A stretch of DNA of 64,000 bases from Candidatus Thorarchaeota archaeon (GTDB lineage: Archaea; Asgardarchaeota; Thorarchaeia; Thorarchaeales; Thorarchaeaceae). Within the stretch, counting starts at the first letter, position 1. Each line of letters begins with the position of its first letter. Positions 20,607 to 30,262 of the stretch are shown here, in pieces. The stretch lies in assembly GCA_963726195.1 (NCBI GenBank), contig CAVSBO010000015.1, forward strand, positions 32,001-96,000. The letters run 5' to 3'. The position numbers were made by a program, and so were the translations under genes. The notes under the pieces are model-generated. The model was not told the DNA's origin and made no database searches. It saw only the letters and a program-made list of their open reading frames with translations.

Positions 20607-21502
20607 CTAGAGGATGCGGTCGAGAAGTGCTTGAGTGCTGACAACATGCTTGTGGAGTCCGAGATCCTGAGGCTCAAACCCCATTGACAGTCCCAATAGC
20701 TGAGTATAGTAAATCACGGGCAGGTGATACTTGTTCTCTCCTCAGCTCCTTGTTCAGCTCAGCTTGACAGACCTCGAACTGAAGATGGCAGAACGAACAG
20801 ACATCGACAATGCAATCCGCGCCCGCCTCCATCATATTATCGAGTTTCTCTCGTGCAATATCTATGCTGACAGGAACATTGGAGCCGCGTACTCCACCTC
20901 CAGCGCCACAGCACAGGAACTTGTCCTTGTACTTAACGCTCTCGGCTCCTGTGACTTCGACTAGCTCGTCAAGAAATGTCTGTTTCTGAATTTGGTGCCA
21001 AGGTCTCAGACTTGCTTGGCCTCAGAAGGTGACATCCATAGTGTACGCCGACCTTCAAGCCTTTGAGGGGACGCGTAACTCTCTTTCGCAGAGGGTCAAT
21101 CCCCATGCTGTAGATAACCTCGATGAGGTGTTTTGCGTCGACATTTCCCTCGTACTTGAGTCCAACACTCTTGAGGATCTGCTGAACCTCCTTGAGTCGC
21201 TCAGGTTTCTCATGGACTATGTTTAGTGCTTCTTTGAAGGTTCCATAACATCCGTTACAGCCCGTGATGATATCATGGCCTGCTTTCTCTGCCAATGCAA
21301 GATTGCGTGAAGCGAGGGCGAGCCAAGTCCGTTCGCTGAATGATCTTATCACGCCGGGTGCAGGACAACAGCTTGCTCCCTCCAACTCCTCGAAATCTAT
21401 GCCGAGCGCTGGAAGAACAACTCTGATGCTCTTCTCCACATTTGGATAGCGATTTGGCATCACGCATCCAAGGAATAATGAATACGTTTGAGGCGCCGTC
21501 AT
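20607..21502 (-). CDS. hdrB: Heterodisulfide reductase subunit B, copy 1 (frameshifts near 20985 and 20735)
   Basis: 'FLGC', 'SCCPAPG', 'GCNGCY', 'HYGCHLLRP'; manual reading continues 'CCGAGGGVRG..CSFCHLQF' then 'YYTQLLGLSMG..LLDRIL*' to 20607. Confidence 0.88.
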
Positions 21503-21504
21503 CC

Positions 21505-22050
21505 CTACTTAGCCCCTGTTCCCTCTCCTTCTACAAGGGCCTTGAATCCCGTTAGCCTCATTATCTCCTTGACCTGTGCAAGTGCCTCTTCGCTTGAGTG
21601 CGTTGTAGGAGGTATCTCTGGGATACCCAGTTCCCTTCGCATTTCCCGGTTTGCATCGTCCAAGGGCACTGCATGTCCTGTCTGGAGCAGCTTCTGGGCA
21701 GACTTTCGATGCTGAGGAAGCATGAAGCCCTCCTTGACAGCCATATTCCTCATAATGATGATTGCATCTGTGATCTTGATTTGTCTCGGACACCGCTCTA
21801 AGCACGTAAGACATGTGGCACATAACCAAAGGTCTGGAGAACTCAGAACGTCCTCTCTGAGACCGAGCAAGGCTTTGCGAATAAGCTCACGCGTTCTGAA
21901 AGCTGTACGACGACCCGAGGGGCAGACACTTGAGCAAGTTCCACAGGATAGGCAAGTCCGTATCCTGTCTGCACCAGCCTTTTCGATCTTCTCTATGAAT
22001 GTCGGGTCCATGTCGCCGGATGAAATGGTCTCCCGAACGATTTCGCCCAT
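21505..22050 (-). CDS. hdrC: Heterodisulfide reductase subunit C, copy 1
   Basis: 'CLSCGTCSSVCPSG', 'WLCATCLTCLERCPR', 'TGHAVP'. Confidence 0.92.
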   Translation of the reverse strand: MGEIVRETISSGDMDPTFIEKIEKAGADRIRTCLSCGTCSSVCPSGRRTAFRTRELIRKALLGLREDVLSSPDLWLCATCLTCLERCPRQIKITDAIIIMRNMAVKEGFMLPQHRKSAQKLLQTGHAVPLDDANREMRRELGIPEIPPTTHSSEEALAQVKEIMRLTGFKALVEGEGTGAK

Positions 22051-22108
22051 TGTAAGACCTCTGAACCTGGAGCGGCGGCGGATGTTTCGAGCCTGACGAT
22101 ATAAGCGT

Positions 22109-22162
22109 TGACATAAGCGAGGCAAAACAGAACTATGTCAGCCGCCTCGGCTAGACTAGCCG
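22109..22162. promoter_or_regulatory. Two inverted repeats in the divergent hdrCB/hdrCB promoter region
   Basis: TGACATA-N18-TATGTCA (22109..22140) and perfect CGGCTAG-A-CTAGCCG (22148..22162). Confidence 0.35.
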
Positions 22163-22282
22163 CTACCCGTTCGATTCAATCTTTTCGTCTCTGCCCCATA
22201 ACGAATGCATAATAAGAATAGCCGTGAAGCAACGGATAAAAGGCCGAAGCATTTGCTGGTCCGAACGCTCAGGTGCACAAAC

Positions 22283-22852
22283 TTGACGATTGCTGAAGAA
22301 AAACCTCCGGTTGACGTTGACGAGGTGGACCTTGAATTCATCGAAATGATCAAGAAGGCCGGAGGACCGAATATCCAAAGCTGCTACCAATGCGGCACCT
22401 GCTCTGGATCTTGCCCCGCAGGAGCCCGCACGAACTATCTTGTGAGAGGAATCATAAGGAAGGCTCTGCTTGGCCTGAAGAACGAGGTCATCACTGCTCC
22501 TGAGCTTTGGTACTGCACCACCTGCTACATGTGCACGGATCGTTGTCCGCAAGATGTGAAGCCGACCGATGTCATCAAGGCAATCAGAAACGTGGCAGTC
22601 GCAGAGGGGCACATGCTCAAGTCACATCAGGACACTGCCAAGAAAGTGATGGAATCCGGACACGCTGTACCTCTCGACAAGGATACGTGGTCCGAACTGA
22701 GAAAGAAGTCTGGCCTCGAACCCCTGCCTCCCAATGGATCCTCAAGCCCGAAGGTAGCAGAAGAGATTCGTAAGATAGCGAAGAAGAGTGGGTTTGACAA
22801 GCTCATTGGCTACACTGATTCACCACCCGCTGCGGAAAAGAAGGAGAAGTGA
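22283..22852 (+). CDS. hdrC: Heterodisulfide reductase subunit C, copy 2
   Basis: 'CYQCGTCSGSCP', 'WYCTTCYMCTDRCPQ', 'SGHAVP'; TTG start after AGGTG. Confidence 0.92.
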   Translation: MTIAEEKPPVDVDEVDLEFIEMIKKAGGPNIQSCYQCGTCSGSCPAGARTNYLVRGIIRKALLGLKNEVITAPELWYCTTCYMCTDRCPQDVKPTDVIKAIRNVAVAEGHMLKSHQDTAKKVMESGHAVPLDKDTWSELRKKSGLEPLPPNGSSSPKVAEEIRKIAKKSGFDKLIGYTDSPPAAEKKEK

Positions 22853-23787
22853 ACGGCTTGTCGAAGCGACCTGCATACTATCACTTTCTGGGCTGTATAA
22901 TACCACATCGCTATCCGAGTATCGAGAAAGCAACGAAGCTTGTCTTCGAGGACCTAGGCATAGACTTGCTTGACATGGTCGGGGCGAGCTGTTGTCCTGC
23001 TCCGGGCGTGTTTGGTTCGTTTGACAGGGTCACGTGGGCTACCATTGCTGCTCGAAATCTGACTATTGCAGAGCAGGGTGGTCACCCCATTACAACTGGG
23101 TGCAACGGTTGCTTCGCCAGCTTGTGGGATTCAAACCATGAGCTGAAAGAAGACGACGAACTCAGAGCTGCAGTTAACCGGAACTTGGCAGAAATCGGGC
23201 GCGAGTTCAAAGGCACGACTGAGGTTACACACTACCTCGATGTACTCCATGATGTTGTAGGTACCCAGAGGGTCAAGGAGCACATCACTCACCCACTCAC
23301 TGGTGTGAGAATGGCACTTCACCCGGGTTGTCACTGGATGAGGCCGAAGCTGGTGAAGAAGAAGGATGATAGCGAGCGTCCTCACATATTCAGGGAAATC
23401 TGCGAAACAACTGGGGCTAAGTACGTTCACTATAAGGACGAGCTGATTTGTTGTGGCGCGGGCGGCGCGGTAAGGACGGCCGACCTCAAGATTGCCCTCG
23501 ACTTCACGAAGCAGAAGTTTGACAGTATTCTTGCTGCGGGAGGTGCTGATGTCATTGTGACACCGTGCCCATTCTGTTTGCTTCAGCTTGATTCAGGCCA
23601 AGTGGAAATCCAGAAGCTCTTCGGAGTTGAGTACAAGTTCGACATTATGCACGTATCAGAGCTTCTAGCGCTTGCTTTCGGCCACGAACCTGAGGAATTC
23701 GGGCTGGCAAACCATCTTCAGTATTCGCAGAGAAAGACCGAACCTAACTGGCAGCGGCTCAAGCTCAAGGCAAAGGCAACTGCCTAG
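22849..23787 (+). CDS. hdrB: Heterodisulfide reductase subunit B, copy 2
   Basis: 'SCCPAPGVF', 'GCNGCF', 'HPGCH', 'CCGAGG', 'CPFCLLQLD'. Confidence 0.94.
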   Translation: MNGLSKRPAYYHFLGCIIPHRYPSIEKATKLVFEDLGIDLLDMVGASCCPAPGVFGSFDRVTWATIAARNLTIAEQGGHPITTGCNGCFASLWDSNHELKEDDELRAAVNRNLAEIGREFKGTTEVTHYLDVLHDVVGTQRVKEHITHPLTGVRMALHPGCHWMRPKLVKKKDDSERPHIFREICETTGAKYVHYKDELICCGAGGAVRTADLKIALDFTKQKFDSILAAGGADVIVTPCPFCLLQLDSGQVEIQKLFGVEYKFDIMHVSELLALAFGHEPEEFGLANHLQYSQRKTEPNWQRLKLKAKATA

Positions 23788-23835
23788 AACATATAAGAAG
23801 GCCCGCTTCATTGTTAGAAGCGAGGTCCAAGTGCT

Positions 23836-24735
23836 TTGAAGAACTGGCTGGACGACATGGACTACCTCAGTCTTGGAAAGAGGGTGAGGCTCCATCGACT
23901 AATGTACGAGCACGGTCTTGGTAACGGACATATGCTGATAATGCCAATCGACCAAGGCCTTGAGCACGGCCCGATAGACTTTCTCCCGAATCCTCCTTCA
24001 GAAGACCCTGATTTTCAGTTCAGGCTCGCTGTTGAGGGTGGGCTGTCAGGCATTGCGCTTCACTTAGGTCTGGCGGAGAAGTATGCAGCGAAGTATGCTG
24101 GCAGGGTCCCGATTATCCTGAAGCTCAACGGTAGGACGAGCATTCCGGGAGAGGCTTACCCTGTTTCACCCATGACGGCCTCGGTTGAGGATGCGGTGAG
24201 AATCGGCGCAGATGCTGTGGGCTACACGCTTTTTGTGGGCAGTCCGAGGCAGGTCGAAGACTTCAACCAGTTCAGGAAAGTGAAGGCCGATGCTGACCGT
24301 TATGGCATGCCAATCATCATGTGGGCATACCCTAGGGGAACAGCAGTAGATTCGAAAGGCGGACGCGACTCTCTGTATGCTGTCGATTATGCAGCTCGTG
24401 TAGCAAGCGAGCTCGGAGCAGACCTCGTGAAGATCAACGTTCCCGCGGATAATACAAAGACGAAGTCTCTGGAGCCAAAGCCCTACGATTCAATGAACCT
24501 GAGCTATGAGGAACGCGTGAGGAAGGTCATACATACGGCTGGCAAGACTCTCGTGCTGTTCTCAGGTGGGGGTAAGATTGATGACGACCAAATCCTCCGC
24601 AAGGCACGGGTATGCTTGGAGGAAGGAGCTGCGGGTCTGATTTTTGGCCGGAATCTGTGGCAGCGGGAGTGGGTTGATGCGCTCAGGATCGTGAAAGATC
24701 TGAAAGACATGATCCTAAGTCTTGGCACGACATGA
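23836..24735 (+). CDS. Class I (DhnA-type) fructose-bisphosphate aldolase family
   Basis: 'PIDQGLEHGP', 'LKLNG', 'WAYPRG', Schiff-base Lys in 'GADLVK', 'FSGG', 'IFGRN'. Confidence 0.9.
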   Translation: MKNWLDDMDYLSLGKRVRLHRLMYEHGLGNGHMLIMPIDQGLEHGPIDFLPNPPSEDPDFQFRLAVEGGLSGIALHLGLAEKYAAKYAGRVPIILKLNGRTSIPGEAYPVSPMTASVEDAVRIGADAVGYTLFVGSPRQVEDFNQFRKVKADADRYGMPIIMWAYPRGTAVDSKGGRDSLYAVDYAARVASELGADLVKINVPADNTKTKSLEPKPYDSMNLSYEERVRKVIHTAGKTLVLFSGGGKIDDDQILRKARVCLEEGAAGLIFGRNLWQREWVDALRIVKDLKDMILSLGTT

Positions 24736-24808
24736 GCGAAATCTCCGCTAGAGCAAACATTTTATCGTCCTGCCATAAGGCCGCCACACATCACCCCCAA
24801 GAGGACAC

Positions 24809-27800
24809 ATGATGGCAGAGACCTCGACAAAACCTGTGGTTATCATCGGCGCGGGAATCGCTGGTATCCGTGCTGCATTAGACCTCGCCGGAATGGGCGT
24901 GAAGGTGTACATGGTTGAGAGGCAGCCATCCATCGGTGGACACATGGCCCAGTTGGACAAGACTTTCCCTACCTTGGATTGCTCGATGTGCATAATGGGG
25001 CCATGGATGGTAGATTCTTCCAGAAACCCGAACATCGAGATTCTGGCCTATTCTGAGGTCACAGAGGTTTCAGGCCAGCGGGGCGACTTCACGGTAAAGG
25101 TCCTGAAGCATACTCGCCGTGTGGATCCTGGCAAGTGTACAGGTTGCGGCGATTGTCAAAGGGTATGCCCGATTGAGGTTCCCAACGAGTACGACCTCGG
25201 CCTGAAGATGAGAAAGGCTGTGTACATACCATTCCCGCAGGCTGTACCCAACATTGCGACAATCGACATCGAGAACTGCATTCAGTGCATGACTTGTGCC
25301 AATGGTTGCAAGGCCCAAGCAATCGATTTTGAACGCCCAGATGAGACAGTTGAGATCAATGCCGGCTCAATCATTGTTGCGACTGGTTACAGACTTCTTG
25401 ACGCATCAACTGTGCCGGAGCTAGGCTACGGCCGTTATCCGAATGTTGTCACTAGTCTTGAGTATGAGAGAATGGTTTCCGCGAGCGGACCGACAGGGGG
25501 AGTAATTATGCGACCCTCCGACGGTCGAGAACCCCACCGAATTGCATTCGTTCAGTGTGTTGGCTCACGTGATGTAAACCATTGCGCCTACTGCTCAAGG
25601 ATATGTTGCACTTATGCCACGAAAGAGGCAATCATAACGAAGGAGCACATGCCCGAGATCCACATTGACGTCTTGTACAACGATATGCGTGCCTTTGGTA
25701 AGGGCTTCGAAGAATTCCTTGTGCGGGGCGAGAAGGAATACGGCATCAACTATGTGAAGGGTCTGCCAAGCGAGATTGTTGAGGACCGCGAAAGCCGAGA
25801 CCTGCTCGTCAGACATAGCGATACAAAAGGACGTGAGATTCTACAGGATCGGTACGATTTGGCCATCCTCTGCCCAGCGATGGTCCATAATGAGAATCAG
25901 GATCTGTTTCAGAAACTTGGTGTTCAGGTTGATAGCTACGGCTACTTGGAGGGCATGGCGGGTCATATTGAGAGTGTTCAGACCGGTGTCCCGGGAATTC
26001 ATATGTGTGGGACCGTGAATGGGCCCAAGGACATTCCTGACTCGGTCGCTCAGGGAAGCGCCGCTGCCGCACTAGCAGCCCTTGACATAGTCGTCCCCAA
26101 GCCACCTGAGGTCGAGGCAGCGAGAGAGACCGTCATCGAACTCGCAACAGGGGAACCTCGGATTGGTGTCTTTGTCTGTTCTTGCGGTGTCAATATTGCT
26201 GGAACAGTAGACGTTGCAGAAGTCACTCGCTATGCGGGCACACTGCCTAACGTGGTTCATGCTCAGAATCTGCTTTATTCATGCTCATCGGATGCTCAAG
26301 TGGTCATCAAGGATGCCATCAAGGAACACGAGCTCAATCGTGTTGTTGTGGCGTCATGCACGCCGAGAACTCACGAGCCCCTGTTCAGAGCGACCACCGA
26401 AGAAGCTGGACTCAACAAGTATCTCTTCGAAATGGCTAACATACGCGAGCATTGTTCGTGGATACACCAAGGCGCCAAAGACGAAGCAACAGGGAAAGCC
26501 ATGGATTTGGTCCGAATGGCTGTAGCCAAGTCCAGACTCCTTGAGCCTGAGGAAGAGGCAGTCACGAAAGTTGAGCCTGCAGTTCTCGTAATCGGAGCTG
26601 GCCTAGCCGGGATGTCGGCTGCAGAACTGATAGCTGACAAGGGGTTCAAGACATATCTTGTCGAAAAAGAAAGCCGGGTCGGTGGCCTGTTGAGCCAGCT
26701 GCACACAGTCAATTTTGATTTCACACCTGCCCTAGACGTTGTCGAACAACACGAACGAATGGTCAAGGGCAACTCTAACATCGAGCTCATGTTGAATTCA
26801 GAGGTTACAAATGCCAAAGGATCGATTGGCGATTTTCAAGTAACGGTGATGACTAGCAAGAAGCAGAAGAGGGAACTAAAGGTCGGGGTCGTCGTCGTCG
26901 CAACAGGAGCAACCCAGCTGGAGGAGAAGGGTCTCTATGGCCTCCAGAAGTTTCCTGAGGTCATGACCGAACTTGAACTGAATCAGCGGCTCGCGCAAGA
27001 CGACGCTTTCCAGGACGGAGAGACCTTTGCTGTGATCCACTGTGTCGGTTCCCGTGAAGATGAGTCTCTTGAAGGGTCACGAACATGGTGTTCAGGAATA
27101 TGCTGCACCGTTGCCCTTGAGCACACGCTTGAGCTTCTTGACAAGTATCCGAATTCGCGGGTATTCCATCTTTACAGGGACCTTAGGGTCTCGTACACAG
27201 CGGAGGACAGGTACCGAGAAGCTCGGAAGAAAGGTGTTGTTTTCATCAGATTCGACAAGGATTCGCCCCCAGAAGTAAAGAAGGGAAAGAACATGCCCCT
27301 CAGGGTGGAGGTCACTGACCAGATACTCGGGGCGAAGCTGGGGCTTGATGTCGATCACGTAGTGTTAGCAACAGCAATGGTGCCGCGGGAAACCAACAAG
27401 CAGATCTCAGAGCTGTTCAAGGTTCCACTTAACATGTCCGGGTTCTTCATGGAAGCACACCCGAAGCTGAGACCTGTGGACTTCCAAACTGATGGTGTCT
27501 ATGTGGCCGGCACTGCGACAGCGCCTAAGACAATCGATGAGTCCATTGTTCAAGGAAGAGGTGCTGCTGCTCGCGCACTTGTACCCCTTGTCACGGGTGT
27601 TCGGAAGGCTGAGGCGATAGTTTCCGTAGTGGATCCCGAGGTCTGCGTTGGCTGCGGCACATGCGAAATCAACTGTGCTTACAATGCAATAGAGGTTGTT
27701 CCTGGTCAGGGCGGCCACGATTATGCAGTATCGAATCCTGTCCTTTGCGCCGGGTGTGGAAAGTGTGCTGCTGGGTGCCCCTCAGGTGCTATCACAATGA

Positions 27801-28273
27801 AGCACTTCACTGATGACCAGATACTCTCTCAGATTCGCGCTGCACTCCAAGACATGCCGGCGAATCAGTCGCGGATTCTGACAATAGTGTGCAACTGGTG
27901 CAGCTATGCAGGGGCAGACAATGCAGGTGTGTCGAGGTTTCAACAGCCGACCAATGTCCGCGACATACGTGTCATGTGCACTGGACGTGTGAGTGTCACG
28001 CACATCCTTGAAGCATTCAGGCTTGGGGCAGACATGGTTTGGATTTCCGGTTGTCACACGGGCGACTGCCATTATGTGGACGGTAATATCACCTTTGAGA
28101 GAAGATTCGCGATTGCGAAGAAGATACTTGAGAAGGCGGGGCTTGAGACCGAGCGGCTCCAGTTCACGCACATTAGTGCAAGTGAGGGCTCAATCTGGGC
28201 CGACACGGTGCGAAAGCTATCTGAACTCGCTGACAAGTTGGGACCAAGTCCACTGAGACCGAGGAGAAGATGA
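24809..28273 (+). CDS. hdrA: Large HdrA-like protein (two FAD modules) fused to C-terminal MvhD
   Basis: Two GAGxAG motifs, 'KTFPTLDCSMC', internal 'VFVCSCGVNI', two 'CVGSR..CS..CC', ferredoxin motifs, MvhD 'CNWCSY..RVMCTGRV..GCHTGDCHY'. Confidence 0.93.
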   Translation: MMAETSTKPVVIIGAGIAGIRAALDLAGMGVKVYMVERQPSIGGHMAQLDKTFPTLDCSMCIMGPWMVDSSRNPNIEILAYSEVTEVSGQRGDFTVKVLKHTRRVDPGKCTGCGDCQRVCPIEVPNEYDLGLKMRKAVYIPFPQAVPNIATIDIENCIQCMTCANGCKAQAIDFERPDETVEINAGSIIVATGYRLLDASTVPELGYGRYPNVVTSLEYERMVSASGPTGGVIMRPSDGREPHRIAFVQCVGSRDVNHCAYCSRICCTYATKEAIITKEHMPEIHIDVLYNDMRAFGKGFEEFLVRGEKEYGINYVKGLPSEIVEDRESRDLLVRHSDTKGREILQDRYDLAILCPAMVHNENQDLFQKLGVQVDSYGYLEGMAGHIESVQTGVPGIHMCGTVNGPKDIPDSVAQGSAAAALAALDIVVPKPPEVEAARETVIELATGEPRIGVFVCSCGVNIAGTVDVAEVTRYAGTLPNVVHAQNLLYSCSSDAQVVIKDAIKEHELNRVVVASCTPRTHEPLFRATTEEAGLNKYLFEMANIREHCSWIHQGAKDEATGKAMDLVRMAVAKSRLLEPEEEAVTKVEPAVLVIGAGLAGMSAAELIADKGFKTYLVEKESRVGGLLSQLHTVNFDFTPALDVVEQHERMVKGNSNIELMLNSEVTNAKGSIGDFQVTVMTSKKQKRELKVGVVVVATGATQLEEKGLYGLQKFPEVMTELELNQRLAQDDAFQDGETFAVIHCVGSREDESLEGSRTWCSGICCTVALEHTLELLDKYPNSRVFHLYRDLRVSYTAEDRYREARKKGVVFIRFDKDSPPEVKKGKNMPLRVEVTDQILGAKLGLDVDHVVLATAMVPRETNKQISELFKVPLNMSGFFMEAHPKLRPVDFQTDGVYVAGTATAPKTIDESIVQGRGAAARALVPLVTGVRKAEAIVSVVDPEVCVGCGTCEINCAYNAIEVVPGQGGHDYAVSNPVLCAGCGKCAAGCPSGAITMKHFTDDQILSQIRAALQDMPANQSRILTIVCNWCSYAGADNAGVSRFQQPTNVRDIRVMCTGRVSVTHILEAFRLGADMVWISGCHTGDCHYVDGNITFERRFAIAKKILEKAGLETERLQFTHISASEGSIWADTVRKLSELADKLGPSPLRPRRR

Positions 28274-28277
28274 GTAA

Positions 28278-28796
28278 ATGGCAGAGAACTGGGGTCAGCT
28301 GAAGTCCTTCGAAGGCAAGAGGTTTGAGACGCTTGATGCCGAATTCACAAAGGAAGTTTCAAAGCTGATCGGCGGGCAGGACCTGACAGCGTGTTTTCAG
28401 TGCGCAAAGTGCAGTGCAGGATGCCCTGTTTCTGACAAAGTGAACATCCAAGTCCACGAATTGATGCGGATGCTTTTGTTCGGTCTCAAGGAGGTCCTTG
28501 ACACAGACATGGTCTGGCTTTGCAGTACTTGTTATCAATGCCAGCAGCGTTGCCCTCAGGGAATCGAGATAACCGACATAATCTTCGGCCTCAAGAACAT
28601 GGCCTTTCGCAAGGGCATCACACCGTCCGGCTACGTGGCATCGCGGAAGGCGTTGTACGATAATGGAAAGCTGTACGAGCCAACAGACTGGGAACGCGAC
28701 GACTTGGCTCTGCCTCCTGTTCCCCGTCTTGATGTGACCGAAACTCGCAAGGTGCTTGACAAGACGGGTCTGATGAAACTGAGGGAGGGAAAGTGA
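28278..28796 (+). CDS. hdrC: Heterodisulfide reductase subunit C, copy 3
   Basis: 'CFQCAKCSAGCP', 'WLCSTCYQCQQRCPQ'. Confidence 0.9.
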   Translation: MAENWGQLKSFEGKRFETLDAEFTKEVSKLIGGQDLTACFQCAKCSAGCPVSDKVNIQVHELMRMLLFGLKEVLDTDMVWLCSTCYQCQQRCPQGIEITDIIFGLKNMAFRKGITPSGYVASRKALYDNGKLYEPTDWERDDLALPPVPRLDVTETRKVLDKTGLMKLREGK

Positions 28797-29671
28797 TGAC
28801 CCAAACTTACGAGGTATTCTTGGGTTGTGCAATTCCTTCAAGATTCAACAACTACGAAGCCTCGATGCGCGCAATCGCAAAAGAGCTCGATATTGAGCTT
28901 TTGGACTTCGAAGGCGCCTCTTGCTGTGGCACAGTCGTTCTGAAGTCTATCGACGAATCGAGCTGGCTGGCGGTCTCAGGAAGGAACATTGCCCTTGCAG
29001 AAAAGCGCGGCCATAACATAGTCACTCCATGCAACGGCTGCTTCGGATCCCTCAAGGATTGTGCTCACGTTCTCCACACTAACGAAGCTGCTCGCAAGGC
29101 GACTAACAAGACTCTGTCTGCTCTGGGGCTGCAGTTCACTGGCAATGCCACAATCCGGCATTTGGTTGAGGTTCTCTACGAAATGAAGGACGAAATCAAG
29201 GGCAAGATTGTCCGACCACTAGATGGGCTAACGGTAGCATTCCACCCCGGTTGTCATCTGCTCCGACCCTCGAAAGTGGCCGGTTTCGATGACCCTGAGC
29301 TTCCACGCAAGATCGATGAGCTAATCGAACTAACAGGAGCCAAGAGTGTTCATTGGAGCCTGAAGCTCAGATGCTGTGGTTCACCGTTGCTCATCGCCAG
29401 CGAGAGTGTTGCCTCACGGATACTGAAGGAAAAGATGTTCTCAGCCAAGGCTGCTGGTGCTAACTGCCTCGTGACCAATTGTCCCGCATGCCATACACAA
29501 TTTGATGTTCAAGTCCTTGGCATGAAGGATGATGAAGGCGAATCGCTTGAGATGCCGGCACTGTTCGTGACACAGGTGCTCGGGGCCGCTATGGGCATTG
29601 ACGCAGACGCCCTTGGGCTGAGACTGAACAGAGTGCCACTCGACCCAATAGCCAGCATTCTCGGATTGTGA
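28793..29671 (+). CDS. hdrB: Heterodisulfide reductase subunit B, copy 3
   Basis: 'FLGC', 'SCCG', 'PCNGCF', 'HPGCHLLRP', 'CCGSP', 'CPACHTQFD'. Confidence 0.9.
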   Translation: MMTQTYEVFLGCAIPSRFNNYEASMRAIAKELDIELLDFEGASCCGTVVLKSIDESSWLAVSGRNIALAEKRGHNIVTPCNGCFGSLKDCAHVLHTNEAARKATNKTLSALGLQFTGNATIRHLVEVLYEMKDEIKGKIVRPLDGLTVAFHPGCHLLRPSKVAGFDDPELPRKIDELIELTGAKSVHWSLKLRCCGSPLLIASESVASRILKEKMFSAKAAGANCLVTNCPACHTQFDVQVLGMKDDEGESLEMPALFVTQVLGAAMGIDADALGLRLNRVPLDPIASILGL

Positions 29672-29685
29672 ACCGTGCTGTCGTT

Positions 29686-30258
29686 CTACTTCGAAACAGT
29701 CCTGTCTTGTCCGTAGAATATCTCGCCAAGCCGCTTCATCGCATCGCGGACGCATTCTTTCTTGCCACTTACTTGCAGGTGACGATCGCCGTCCAGTGAT
29801 ATGCGGACTCGGCAATCCTCAGCCAGTTCCGAAACAATCTCCACCGGTATCTCGTCTGGCAGCCGTATCCGAAAGAAAGCGACGTCCTTCTCTCTCGGGA
29901 GGTCAGAAATCGGAGTCTTAGGCTCTGGAGGAATCTTCCCGCCTTTCCCTTGGACTGCATCATTGAAACGCCTTTCCCAGGTACGCCGAACTCCCGCACC
30001 ACCATCTTGCTCGGCCCACATCATCAGGGTCTCCTTCAGGCGGAGCATCCTCGTCTCCATTTCAGACCTCAGTTCCACATCTTGCTGGTCGACACTGGCA
30101 ATCTCACGTTCGAATGCCCGAAGATACTCAATGACCATCTTGCTGTTTCGCAAATCTGCATAGGTAAGATCTGGTATGAAGACGCCTCGGTTCTTCAGGT
30201 CGCCAAGCAAGTCATTGAGAACCATCCACCCCGCCAACATACCCTCCGCCGATACCAA
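29686..30258 (-). CDS. DUF2096-like archaeal conserved protein
   Basis: 'WMVLNDLLGDLKNRG..P', 'FFRIRLP'; directly downstream of hdrA, a context I recall for this family. Confidence 0.6.
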   Translation of the reverse strand: MVSAEGMLAGWMVLNDLLGDLKNRGVFIPDLTYADLRNSKMVIEYLRAFEREIASVDQQDVELRSEMETRMLRLKETLMMWAEQDGGAGVRRTWERRFNDAVQGKGGKIPPEPKTPISDLPREKDVAFFRIRLPDEIPVEIVSELAEDCRVRISLDGDRHLQVSGKKECVRDAMKRLGEIFYGQDRTVSK

Positions 30259-30262
30259 GGAA

